DNA from: Eledone cirrhosa
Lineage: Eukaryota
DNA: 64,000 bases
Assembly (NCBI GenBank): GCA_964016885.1
Contig: CAXHJY010001058.1
Coordinates: 23,057 to 87,056, forward strand
Direction of reading: 5' to 3'
Shown here: positions 13,085-25,815 of the stretch, piece after piece
How the letters are laid out: every line of letters begins with the position of its first letter
How positions within the stretch are numbered: position 1 is the first letter of the stretch
The notes under the pieces: model-generated
The model's database searches: none
What the model was told of the DNA's origin: nothing
The model's input: only the letters and a program-made list of their open reading frames with translations
Program-made: the position numbers and the translations under genes

Positions 13085-15362
13085 AGTTTCTGATTTAAGC
13101 ACAAGGCCTTCACATTTTGCGGGGAGAGGGGGAAAGTCAATTACATCAACCTCAGTGCATTACTGGTACTTTATTTTGTTGACCCCGTAATGATGAAAGG
13201 CAAAGCTAACCTCGGCGGTATTTGAAATCAGAACGTAAAGAGCCGTAACTCTATGCTGCAAAGCTTGGTGTCCGACGCTCTACCCATACTGTTTTTTTGC
13301 GGGGGGGTTCGATTAAATCGATCCCAGTAGGTTACTGGTACTTTCAGTGGGATTTGAACTCAGAACTTAGAAATTCGTAACTAAATATCTCTTAGCATTT
13401 TGTCCTCCACCCTAATTATTCTTCCTATCACCCCCACCCCCAGCAGCAGCCACCGCTACACCAACAACAATAATAACAATAATTACAACAACAGCAACGA
13501 AATCACAGAGGGACGTCTCATATAAAAGTAGGCAGCTTGACTGCTCAGAAAAATATCTAATAACAACATTAAAAAAATAACAACAAATCAATTTTTTTTA
13601 GAATTAACGAAAATGCTGAAAGATAGCAGCGTAAGTAATACGTGTAAAATTTATTGATCATTGCCTCATATAATTGCTGCATTACAAATCTTTATAGCAT
13701 TCGATGATTTCATACTATGTATGAACAAATATCGGAGTATGGTTTTTATCATCACAAGACCGATGCCACTGCATCCCCATCCAGCCTTTCACATACACAA
13801 AGGACAAATAAAGGCTTCTAATTTAGGCTCCAGACCAGTAATTTAGAAGAGTAAAAGAATTTTAAAGAGGAGCATGTGTAACGAAGGAAAGGCCACAGAC
13901 AAGATTATTCAAAACAACAAATAGAGGATCTACAGAATCGTGGAAGACCATAGCAATAGAAGCGGTTCAAATACTACAACTAAAATAAAATAAAAATAAT
14001 GATTTTTAGTATAGGCACAAGGCCAGTAATTTGGGGGAAGGGAAAAGTTGATTAAATCGAAGCAGTACATTACTGGTACTTTATTTTATCGATCCTGTAA
14101 GGATGAAAGGCAAAGCTAACCTCAGCGGGATTTGAACTCAGAACGTAAAGAGACGTAATTCTATACTGCGAAGCATGGAGTCTAACGCTCTGCCAATACT
14201 GTCAATCCAGCACCCTAAAACCAAAGCCAAAGCCAAAATAATAAAAAGGAAATATTCAAAATCCCAAAAAGGTAATGAACTAATCATTATTTCGGACCAA
14301 GAAAACAATGTTTTCATTGGTATTTCCATTGCTGATATTATCTGCAGGTCGGAACTCAGCTGAAAGGGGTTCGATTTGAACCCAGAATGCACAGAGCCGG
14401 ATCAGATACCGCAATGCATCCTGTCTTACTATTTAACTTCTTCGTCCCCTTTTACCTGAGAGGGTCGTGAAGGCAGAGTCCTCAAGCACTCCTTCCAGTG
14501 AGTCCTGTCAGAAGCAACCGTCTCCAACTGATCCGGCGCTGTATTCCCAAGCGAGACCAGCCAAGCTTATCCAGTCATCTTCCGTAAATTCACCACCTTT
14601 AAATTGGTACTTTGTTTATCGATCACAAAGTGACAAAAGGCAAACTTGACATCGGCGAGATTTGAAGTAGGAACACAGAGACTCGGAACAAATACCGACA
14701 CTTTCATACCTACCTGAAACAATAAAATACCGCTAAATCGCAAAGAATCCATCGGTGTGAAAAATGTCAGCTATTCTATGAATAAAACAAATAATTCGAC
14801 TCCAACCCAAAATAATTTTAACAAGAACTAGAGGAAAATGAAATTAATAGAGCATCAACTGCAAGTAGAGGAATTTGGTGAGGAATACGTGAATAAGAAG
14901 AGTTACTACGGTTTAAGTTGTTCAAAACAACAAATACAGTATCGGAACAATCGCGAGAGATGATAACGACAGAAATAGATTATGTATTTAAAAGAAAACT
15001 GGAACTTCTAGTTAAAATATTTATTTTACAGGTGCACATAAACTACTTGCATAGATACTAGTCCTAACACTAACGCTTATCGTACCTGTCTCGCTTAGGA
15101 GAAAACCATATTAATCCCCAAACTAAAGAAACAGAGAACCCAAAGAAAATAATGATTTCTTATATAGGTACAAGGCCAGCAATTTGTGGGGAGGGGAATC
15201 GATTAAATCGACTCGACCCCAGTGCGTGACTGGTACTTTATTTTATCGACCCCGTAAGGATGAAAGGCAATGTTAACCTCGGCGGGATTTGAACTCAGAT
15301 CATAAAGGGCCGTAACTCTATGCTGCAAAGCATGGTGTCCGACGCTCTACCGATACTGCCAA
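13085..15362 (-). mobile_element. SINE-A copies at ~13085-13290, 13300-13410, 14000-14215, 14600-14690, 15155-15362
   Basis: Family consensus read directly on the reverse strand. Confidence 0.8.
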
Positions 15363-15427
15363 AACTACAGACTCATAACCTAACCTGTTACTCTGACTAT
15401 TACCCATGTGTTTGGTCACCCCGTGTA

Positions 15428-15740
15428 CTAATGTCTAAGTTTATCAGCGAATTCGTGAAATATATCTGATTGTCTCTGTGCTTCCTCCTTACTTTCGAAA
15501 GTCAGGCAAATGTTCTTGTAGGCTTTGTTATTTTCGGTACATAGAGATTCCTTCAATTCGTCTTTTGAAAGCATAAAATAAGCATATCTTCCTTTTGGGA
15601 GATAAAAGTAGAACAGTTTTCTTTGTGCCTGCAACTGAATATAATCTTCGGGCTAGAAAATATAGTTCTTTTTGACCCAATGTAGCCACTGGCCCATTTT
15701 GGATTGTGCTTTCGATATGTCAAAAGATTCACCATTTGAG
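15428..15740 (-). pseudogene. Stop-interrupted coding-like fragment, possibly a LINE ORF1 remnant
   Basis: One frame reads NGESFDISKAQSKMGQWLHWVKKNYIF*PEDYIQLQAQRKLFYFY...CLTFESKEEAQRQ with a single internal stop. Homology not established. Confidence 0.3.
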
Positions 15741-16231
15741 GTTTTAAGACTTCACATGTGCACTCTTCACTCGGTGATCTTTAAATCTGTATGTGTCAAA
15801 GTTATTTTTGTTGATGTTGTTCTTGACACGTAACGAACCACTAAAAACACTTAGTTTGTTTCAGAAAATACCATGTTTATAGACTGCCCATTACTGGCAT
15901 CGTGACCATAGCGAAAAAACTATTTTTCTTTTGCTGTGTTCTTCGATCGACAAGTGTGTGAGTGTGTATGTGTGTGTATGTGTATGTGTGTGCGTGTGTG
16001 TGTGAACGTGCGACGTTGTTGTTAGTTTATTTATATCATGAAAATTTATATCTACGGATATTAAATTGTGTCTGTAACAGTCTATGCCTTCCAGTGAATT
16101 CGGCTTTCTTTAAATATTGTTAGGTTTTTTTTTAAGAGAAAATAACTCGTTTTAAAGTATTTGACACTTGTCTGTGTGGTTTGTTTTTATACAACGTTCT
16201 CTCGCTCCCCCCCCTCTCTCTCTCTCCCCCA

Positions 16232-17255
16232 CCCCCCCCTCTCTCTCTCGTCGATGTGTTACATTTTGTCTGGTGCAATACTAGATGTTAAAATAAAATG
16301 CTATCTAAAATATAACTGACCTTACGTTTATCCTAGGCATTGAAATAAATGTCCTGATATTACAAAATGTCTGTTGTGGTGGTGGAGGTGATCAGAGTCT
16401 GATTTGATGAGGGGGGGGGGGCAAAAGGGGTCAATTGCCCAAGGCCCCCTGTATGAAGGGGCGGGGTGACTAGCGACGTCCATAGCAAAGGCTGTTTAGC
16501 TTTAAGATGGTTCGAATTTTTTAATTTAATACCTGCATGTATAACTTTTCAATTCCAGTTACTTGCGCCAAGTTAAATTTGATATGTAAAATTGGGGGGT
16601 TACAATGTATTCTAATTGTTTGTGTATGAGGGCTCCCCACCACTACCTGAAGTGCCCGGGGCCCCAAGGTCTAAATCCAACCACCCTGGTCCTGATATTA
16701 CAAAATGTGTGTTGAGGGGGTAAGCATGGGGAAATTGCGTGAGTGGGGTGCGCGTATATGTGTGTTTTTGCTTATCTAGGCTCCTTACGTTTTGTATGCA
16801 CGTGGTTGCAGGGTTGTATTTAAACCTTGGGTAGCTTGAGACACTTCAGGTTGGGGTGGGGCTTATACACACAACAATAGAATACACGGTAACCCCCCAA
16901 TTTTACATATCAAATTTAACTTGGCGCAAGTAACTGGAATTGAAAAGTTATACATGCAGGTATTAAATTAAAAAATTCGAACCATCTTAAAGCTAAACAG
17001 CCTTTGTTATGGACGTCGCTAGTCACCCCGCCCCTCCATAATGCGGGCCTTGGGCAATTGACCCCCCCCCCCCCCCATCAAATCAGACTCTGATCACCTC
17101 CACCACCACAACAGACATTTTGTAATATCAGGACATCTATTTCAATGCCTAGGATAAACGTAAGGTCTGTTATATTTTAGATAGCATTTTATTTTAAAAT
17201 CTAGTATTGCACCAGACAAAATGTAACACATCGACGAGAGAGAGAGGGGGGGGGG
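16232..17255. repeat. Inverted duplication: 16232-16602 vs 16890-17255
   Basis: Near-identical reverse complement that includes the MITE and its unique 5' flank. Confidence 0.9.
16393..16688 (+). mobile_element. MITE-like element with CAG(A/G)G...CCCTG ends; relatives at 24098-24391 (+) and an interrupted copy at ~16809-17420 (-)
   Basis: Short imperfect TIRs (CAGAGCCGGATAT / AAATCCAGCCCTG in the 24-kb copy) and a shared internal ATAACTTTTCAATTCC...GGTCTAAATCCA. Confidence 0.6.
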
Positions 17256-18217
17256 ATACAGGTATTAAATTAAAACATTCTAATCATCCTAAACTTAAAA
17301 AAGCCCAGCTGAGGGCACAAATAAATTGCTACGGTCGTCGTTCATGAGCCCTCCTCCCAGTGCAGGGGGCCTGAGGCAATTTCCTCCTTTGACACCCCCC
17401 GCCCCTTCCTGCGTCCGACGGATTTCCAAAAGCACTCTCAGTCGCTTCACGCCACGGAAACCTGGATAAGCACCGGTCTGAGAAGCCTCCGAGCTTGAGA
17501 CAGACTTGAGACAGATTTTTTTTAGTGTGTTACACGCGTGTGTAGGAGTGTGTGTGTGTTTGTATGAGAGTGTGTGTACATGGGTACGTGTGTATGAATA
17601 TGTACGTCGCTATTTGTGTGATTACGTGTATATTTATAAATGTATGTGTATGTATATATGTGTATGTATATATATGTGCGTGTGTATTGGTATGTGTATG
17701 TGAAGGAGAGGATATATGCGAGGTGTGTGATTAGACGTTACGTTCAGAAGGTGACACTCCCATTAGCATCGGTTCCGCCTAAAACGATTAATTCCTCCCA
17801 TCCCCTCATCCATTTCTTCTTCTTCTTCTTCTTCTTCTTCTTCTTCTTCTCCTTCTTCTCATTCTTCTTCTTTATTGAGGCGGCATTTCATGTATTATCA
17901 AAGGTTTGAAAACAAACCCACTAATTTGGAATTAGCTTTTGAAACGGCAAGAGTTCCGCCGCCGTGTCCCCAATCTTTATAATATAACCATACTCTACTA
18001 TAACAAGTATCGAGTACTCTGTTGAGTAATGGTCTAACCAGTTTCAAACTGATTCCATCCTGATTTATATATATATAAATCAGGATGGAATCAGTTTGAA
18101 AGTATGTTTATGCATAGCTACGGCTTTCTAAATGTTTATCTATAAACATACCATATTTCTTTAGAAATACAAAATTCCAATACATATCTGTACACAGCTA
18201 TGCTCGAAGCTAAATCC

Positions 18218-18277
<60 letters not shown>

Positions 18278-18351
18278 TAAAAAGGAAAAGAAAATGCTGA
18301 CAAATTTATCCCAGTGAAAAATAGTTTAATTAGTAATAAGTATAAATTAGT

Positions 18352-18540
18352 AATTGTTTCTACTTTTGGCACAAGGCCAGCAATTATCCAGTGCATTACT
18401 GGTACTTTATTTTATCGACCCCGTAAGGATGAAAGGCAAATTTAACCTCGGCGGGATTTGAACTCAGATCGTAAAGGGACGTAACTATGCTGAAAAGCAT
18501 GGCGCCCGACCCTCTACCGATACTGCCAATCCACCGCCCT
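18352..18540 (-). mobile_element. SINE-A with TSD TAAATTAGTAAT, inserted into an HHR-bearing mini-element (18275-18650)
   Basis: TSD at ~18343-18354 and 18541-18552. The host sequence aligns with 28515-28700. Confidence 0.85.
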
Positions 18541-19804
18541 TAAATTAGTAATAAGTATTAGTTAGTATTCAGTGTTAGTTTTAAGTTTTTATTGGTTGCA
18601 CATTTCTTATGCTTTTCAAAAATAATTTTGAGATAGAGTGCTCGTGATTTTTGCTATATATATATATATATATTATATATATATATATATCGTTATACTT
18701 GGGGGGGGGGGGGTCATATTTGTGTAATATTGCCAGAATTAATAACAGAACACACTCACTGTTTGGTTGGTTTTCGCTTCTCGCTTCTGTGTCTTTTATA
18801 TCGGTAATCTAACTTACTCGGTCCTCAATGTTGCCATTGACTGACCGACGGTCAAAAATAATACAGATACAATATAGACACAAACACATATATATAGTTT
18901 ATCATAAATTTTTCGTTGCACATCTGCAACATCGTCAGTGGTGTTATCGTTTCCTCCTGTTGTATTGTATGTCTACGCCATTTTTATTCAGTCTGTCTAT
19001 ATATATATTTATTTATTTGCTTGTTTGTTTATTTTATTTTGTCTTCTTTGCGCATGCGTTTGCGTGTGTGTATAGTGTTTTGTTTGCTGTGTGATGGGTG
19101 ACTAGTGTGTGTTTATGTGCTTGTTGTTATTGTGCTTGTGTATGTATTTATTTATTTATTTATTTATTTATTTATTTTATTTTATTTACTTATTTATACT
19201 TCACTTAGGTCAGTGTTGTTTGTTTGGGTGTTGTTGTTATTCCATTCATTCTTTCTGTTTAGTCTTGGTCTTCTAAGTTCTATTTCACTGGCCTCTCTGA
19301 TTTGCCTATCTGCTGGGTCATTTCTATGTTTAGATATTATTCTAATTTCTATGTTGTCTATGTTACCGTCATGTTGTTGTCTAGCATGTTCGTATAGTAC
19401 TGACCCGTTTTTTCGTCCTTTTAGTTCCCCCCAGTGTTGGTCTACCTTTCACCTATGCTACGAGCTGTCTCACCTATGTATGTTGTTGTCATGTTTCTGC
19501 AAGTACCCTCTGTACATCTTATGCTATAGACTACGTTTCTAGTTTTACAGTTTATCCGGGGGTTTACCTTACATATGATACATTTCCTATTGGTACAGTG
19601 GGTTTTCTTAAAAGGGTAGGTTTTCTTAAAAGGGTAGACTTACCTACGACACTGACTACCTAGACAGCCATGACCTTAGACGTTTCTGCCCTAGTAGACC
19701 TATAAGAGGTAGACCCCCCACCATAACATCAATGGCAAAAAAGACTCTACGGACCCCCCAAAAAGACTATACGGACCCCCCAAAACAATGACCAGGTAAG
19801 AAAA

Positions 19805-20752
19805 ATGGTCGCACATGCAATAGGGGCTAGTATCAAAACTACCCTAAAGGGCCACATATTTAAGTTCAACGAGAAGATCTACACCCAAAATGAGGGAGCA
19901 GCCATTGGCGTCAGCATAGCTGGTGATGTTGCCAACCTTTTCATGGTATGGTGGGAAAGGAGACTTAAAGATCTCCTTAATGAGAGCTCCATAGACCTCA
20001 TCATGTACTCTCGTTATGTAGACGATATCAATATAGTTATAAGAACATCCCCACTAGAGAGCACTAACAAGTTTGATTTAGAACGTAGCACGATGGAAAG
20101 CATCCAGCAGATAGCTAATTCCATACACCAGAGTATAACTGTAACTATCGACTTCCCTTCCAAACACCCTAACAATAGACTACCTGTATTAGACACAGAA
20201 CTCTGGATTAACACTATAGACGAGAGAGCCCAAATTCTCCACTCACACTATGCTAAACCCATGGACTCCAAATACCTGATACTCAAAAACTCAGCAATGT
20301 CCAGTAGTGCTAAGTTTAATATTCTGATCGCAGATTTGGTACGAGTGATGAAGAATGTGTCCCGCATGTGCGACCCAACAGAAATGGAAAGACACATCCA
20401 ACACTTCATCAACCGCATGCAGTTCTCTGGCTACAACCAAAGAGACAGAGTCAGAGTATACGAAGGAGCCATGGAGAAGTATAAGACCCTCATAGAACTG
20501 GACATGAAAGGAATTTGCCCATTATACAGGAGCAAATCATGGAATAGCTTAGATAGGGCTAGACATAAGATAGGGAAAACCACCTCATGGTACGACAACC
20601 AGAGATACCAGAGTGTCATGTTTGTGGACGCTACCCCTGGAGGGAAATTAGCTAACCAGTGTAGAAAGGCCCTGAGAAAGACCCACTTAAAAATTAAGGT
20701 GGTAGAAAAGCCAGGAACCACCATAAAATCCCAGCAAAACCTACCCTTTTAA
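19805..20752 (+). CDS. PLE reverse transcriptase, C-terminal half plus thumb (partial)
   Basis: FKFNEKIYTQNEGAAIG (motif 4), YSRYVDD (catalytic), LPVLD, HYAKP and SGY match the PLE RT pattern. Confidence 0.9.
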   Translation: MVAHAIGASIKTTLKGHIFKFNEKIYTQNEGAAIGVSIAGDVANLFMVWWERRLKDLLNESSIDLIMYSRYVDDINIVIRTSPLESTNKFDLERSTMESIQQIANSIHQSITVTIDFPSKHPNNRLPVLDTELWINTIDERAQILHSHYAKPMDSKYLILKNSAMSSSAKFNILIADLVRVMKNVSRMCDPTEMERHIQHFINRMQFSGYNQRDRVRVYEGAMEKYKTLIELDMKGICPLYRSKSWNSLDRARHKIGKTTSWYDNQRYQSVMFVDATPGGKLANQCRKALRKTHLKIKVVEKPGTTIKSQQNLPF

Positions 20753-21170
20753 GAAAACCCACTGTACCAATAGGAAATGTATCATATGTAAGGTAAACCC
20801 CCGGATAAACTGTAAAACTAGAAACGTAGTCTATAGCATAAGATGTACAGAGGGTACTTGCAGAAACATGACAACAACATACATAGGTGAGACAGCTCGT
20901 AGCATAGGTGAAAGGTAGACCAACACTGGGGGGAACTAAAAGGACGAAAAAACGGGTCAGTACTATACGAACATGCTAGACAACAACATGACGGTAACAT
21001 AGACAACATAGAAATTAGAATAATATCTAAACATAGAAATGACCCAGCAGATAGGCAAATCAGAGAGGCCAGTGAAATTGAAATTAGAAGACCAAGACTA
21101 AACAGAAAGAATGAATGGAATAACAACAACACCCAAACAAACAACACTGACCTAAGAGAAGTATAAATAA
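20737..21170 (+). pseudogene. GIY-YIG endonuclease of the same PLE (frameshifted)
   Basis: CTNRKCIIC...NVVYSIRC..TC...YIGETARSIGER/VDQH...SVLYEH...REASEI...LNRKNEW; 1-nt frameshift near 20915. Confidence 0.85.
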
Positions 21171-21413
21171 GTAAATAAAATAAAATAAATAAATAAATAA
21201 ATAAATAAATATATACACAAGCACAATAACAACAAGCACATAAACACACACTAGTCACCCATCACACAGCAAACAAAACACTATACACACACGCAAACGC
21301 ATGCGCAAAGAAGACAAAATAAAATAAACAAACAAGCAAATAAATAAATATATATATAGACAGACTGAATAAAAATGGCGTAGACATACAATACAACAGG
21401 AGGAAACGATAAC

Positions 21414-21455
21414 ACCACTGACGATGTTGCAGATGTGCAACGAAAGATTTATGAT
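21414..21455 (+). ncRNA. Minimal type I HHR in the PLE pLTR (mirror at 18901-18942, minus strand)
   Basis: CTGACGA-T-GTTGCA-GATG-TGCAAC-GAAA-(G/A)ATT-TA. The left copy has the palindromic loop AATT typical of dimer-forming PLE HHRs. Confidence 0.8.
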
Positions 21456-21794
21456 AAACTATATATATGTGTTTGTGTCTATATTGTATCTGTATTATTT
21501 TTGACCGTCGGTCAGTCAATGGCAACATTGAGGACCGAGTAAGTTAGATTACCGATATAAAAGACACAGAAGCGAGAAGCGAAAACCAACCAAACAGTGA
21601 GTGTTCTGTTATTAATTCTGGCAATATTACACAAATATGACCCTCCCCAAGTATAACAATATTTGTTTCGACACACGATTTCATATAAAAAACCTCGCAA
21701 AACTAATTCATCTCCGCTATATATATATATAAACATACATACATGCATATATATATACTTATACATACATATATATAGAGAGAGAGAAGAGGGT

Positions 21795-21842
<48 letters not shown>

Positions 21843-22289
21843 GAAACATATTTAAAATTGTCAATTAATAATATATTAATATATTGAAGCTCCATGCTTT
21901 TATCTCATTATAAATAGAAACATATATACGAGATGTTACTTAAGAAAAGGTTGATACATAATAACAGAGAATAATCAACACATTCAGATGATAGAATAGA
22001 TTTCTTAAATCATTTAATACCTTACAAATATTTCCATATGAACAATTGAACTAATGCTTATTCTACGACAATATAGTAGATAGAAAAGAAACTATGTATT
22101 GACGATAGTTAAGTATTATTGATACTGTACATCATCAGTGCTGATAAAATGATGAACAATGACCCAGTGATGAGCAAGTCCAAACGGCAAAAAGTTTGCT
22201 TGAGTAATGGCGACATTATATATAGTTATAATATATAATAGGGCAGTGGATTGGCAGTATCGGTAGAGGGTCATGGGCAGCATAATATA

Positions 22290-22485
22290 TAATAAGGCGG
22301 TGGATTGGCAGTATCAGTAGAGGGCCGGACGCCATGCTTTGCAGCATAGAGTTACGGCCCTTTATGATCTAAGTTCAAATCCCTTCGAGGTTAACTTTGC
22401 CTCTCAGCCTTACGGGGTCGATAGAATAAAGTACCAGTAATGCACTGGGATAATTTCTGGCCTTGTGCCAAAAGTAGAAACAATT
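22290..22485 (+). mobile_element. SINE-A with an extra 5' partial head (22240-22275) and a TSD-like ATTATATATAGTTATAAT
   Basis: Consensus match; the duplicated flank occurs at ~22216 and ~22483. Confidence 0.85.
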
Positions 22486-22514
22486 ATATATAGTTATAAT
22501 TATACAATTATTTC

Positions 22515-22780
22515 ACCTCAACAGGTCCTGCTCTCTTTAGCATTACACCAAAACACATTAAAACAGAAACAGACCCCATAAAATTCAAAATGACTTTGGA
22601 CAAATTCCTCCAAGGAAGCCCAGATAAATCTCCTAACCTGGATATGTCTCTCTAAACAATAATTCTCTGCTTGAGTTGACCATGGTGCCCAAATCCTGAT
22701 TTGAAAGAGTTCACCAGGTGGTGCCATTAAGTTAGACATGACCTGGACCAATACTGGCCGAAACCTATCAAAGTTATATA
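22515..22780 (+). mobile_element. 3' fragment of the CR1/L2-type LINE found at 41.4 kb
   Basis: Aligns with the reverse complement of 41414-41680 (GPALF.ITPKHIK.E.D.IKFK..LDKFLQE and the 3'UTR). Confidence 0.85.
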
Positions 22781-22868
22781 TCCACATGTGGTCGACGGCT
22801 GAAAGAAAGGAGTACTCAATACAGAAGTAGAGTTTTAATATCCATTTTATTAAAGCCGAATAGTGAGT

Positions 22869-22916
22869 CTTGTTACTCTGGAGTTTCGCCTGTTTATTAT
22901 AGGGTCATCACACAAG
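22869..22916 (-). ncRNA. Type I HHR with degenerate core
   Basis: Reverse complement: CTTGT-GTGATGA-CCCT..AGGC-GAAA-CTC-CA-GAG-TA-ACAAG. Stems I and III are perfect; C3 is changed to G. Confidence 0.65.
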
Positions 22917-22954
22917 AAGTCTTGTTTGTCTTTTTCGGCTTTAATAAAATAATT

Positions 22955-23581
<627 letters not shown>

Positions 23582-23827
23582 CATGTATGTAAACAAATGG
23601 TTTCGAAATTGTGAACCTTGGTGCACTGGTGCGCCGCAAAAAAAGCACTATTCTATTTCAAAATATGGAAAATATATATTGAAATTCGATATAATATTCC
23701 TATGTAACTGCCAAAGTGGGAAACTAAGAATGTAAACATTGCCAAAAATTCAACAAATACGCGTTTAACATTGATAACTTTACTTCATATATTGGTTAAA
23801 GGAGGTAGTACAAATAATTTTTCGTTA

Positions 23828-24559
23828 AGTCGAGGTCGACGTAATCTCCATTCAGTATATGTTCCCAGAGATAGTGAGGTATACCAGTACAGACCATCAA
23901 CAAAAAAGCAAGTTATGTTAACTGAAAACATTGATGTGGTAGTAGCAATGGATAAACATAGTAGCTTATCTTTGACCAACAATTGTTATATTCAGGACTG
24001 TCGCTACCATTAGGTCAACTAGGGTGCCGACCAAGGAAAAGACCTCAGGGTCGTATTTCTCAAACGATAGAGAGTGTTTTTGGAAGGACGTCGGACGCAG
24101 AGCCGGATATAATGGGGAGGGGGGGCAAACGGGGCAATTTCCCCGCGCCCCTGCAGCCAACGACGGCTGTAGCAATTTATTTGTGCCCTCAGCTGGGCAT
24201 TTTAGTTTTAGGATGGTTAGAAATTTTTATTTTAATACCTGTATGCATAACTTTTCAATTCCAATATCTTGTGCCAAGCTAACTTTGATATGAAAAAATT
24301 TGGGAAGTGGTGTATTCTAACTTTTGTATATGAAGCCCCACCAAACAAACGTGAAGTGCCCCGAGCCCCCCAAGGTCTAAATCCAGCCCTGGGAACCAAT
24401 GTACCCTTAACGTAGTATATATGGTCATTCAGCGTGACACGGTATATGACAAAGCTGACCCCTTGAATTGCAGCAAGGACAACAGCAATAATGTATCATA
24501 TTAAAGCTGTTGTATATTTTGTGTAAAACGTCCATCATAATGGAAAGGGGGTGGTAAGA

Positions 24560-24599
<40 letters not shown>

Positions 24600-25285
24600 A
24601 TCCGTATGTGTGTGTGTGTGTGTGTACATCCGTATGTGTGTGTGTGTGTGTGTGTGTACATCCGTATGTGTGTGTTTGGGTGGCAGGATAAAGAGTGGTT
24701 GTGGTTGTGATTGTGGTGTTGTTGTTAGTAATAATATCACTGAAAACTTTTAATACCACGCTGTAACAAGTATTTATGGAAAAGGGGTGGTAAGAGTGTA
24801 TGTATGGCTGATGGTGTTATTCGTGGACGATTATATCATTTACGTTTATAAATATATATATACATGTATATGCATGTGTGTGTGTGTATGTGTGTGTGTG
24901 TGTGTTTATAAAACATTTAAAATGTCATATTGATTTCTAAGATTGGGTGGTTGTATCTAATGCAACTATGGAAATTCCACTGGGTCAGCTAGTTATACAT
25001 AATTCTGAACTTTGGCTCATATTTTGTGATAAGAGATGAGTGTTAGGTCTAGGTCGACGTAATCTCCATTCGGTATATGTTCCCAGAGATAGAGAGGTAT
25101 ACCAGAACAGACCATCAACAAAAAAGCAAGCTATGCTATCAGAAAACATTGATGTGGTAGTAGCAATGATTAAACATAGTAGCCTATCTTTGACCAATAA
25201 TTGTTATATTCAGGACTGGCACTACCATTAGGTTAACTAGGGGGCAGACAAGGGAAAAGATCTCAGGGTCGTATTTCTCAAACTT
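23828..25285 (+). repeat. Two diverged direct copies of a ~235-bp repeat (23828-24065 and 25048-25285)
   Basis: GGTCGACGTAATCTCCATTC...CTCAGGGTCGTATTTCTCAAAC is present in both. Family unknown. Confidence 0.8.
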
Positions 25286-25753
25286 AAATGATCACTGTTC
25301 CTGCGTTTAATAAATAAATCACTAAACATCTTTGCTAAGTCACAGCATTAGGGAATATCCAAAGAAGCGGAGATAGACATATGAGGTTATAATATGTTAC
25401 AAGATTTGACGTGGGTGAGCGTGGTCTGTGTAGTGATATTCTTAGTATGATCAGTGAAAGATGTCTCCGAAACTAAGTTTCTCCGATTACAAAACTGTTA
25501 GTTGAAATTATCTTATCAGGTAGAACGAGGTACGTAACTCGGAGAAGGCGGTACATGTTGTACAACTAGGGCACTAAATAGCAAGGCACAACCTAGCCAG
25601 ACACACAACCAATACATCGAAACGTATCACTTAATGCATACACACTCGTCGGTTATTTATATTGCATGTATAGCATACACAATCTGTTATATATGTGGCC
25701 GGTATAGGATAAGATATAATTATACACCTATGCCTTAAACATCACATAAATAC

Positions 25754-25815
<62 letters not shown>

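Larger units (their letters stand above)
18691..21720 (+). mobile_element. 5'-truncated Penelope-like retroelement with ~930-bp inverted pseudo-LTR
   Basis: 18691-19624 is the reverse complement of 20737-21658. Internal RT ORF, frameshifted GIY-YIG, an HHR in each arm, (TA)n on both sides. Confidence 0.92.

Noticed and set aside
18828-19542. Hydrophobic ORFs duplicated at 20818-21528
   Set aside because: Antisense translations of the PLE endonuclease/pLTR inverted repeat.
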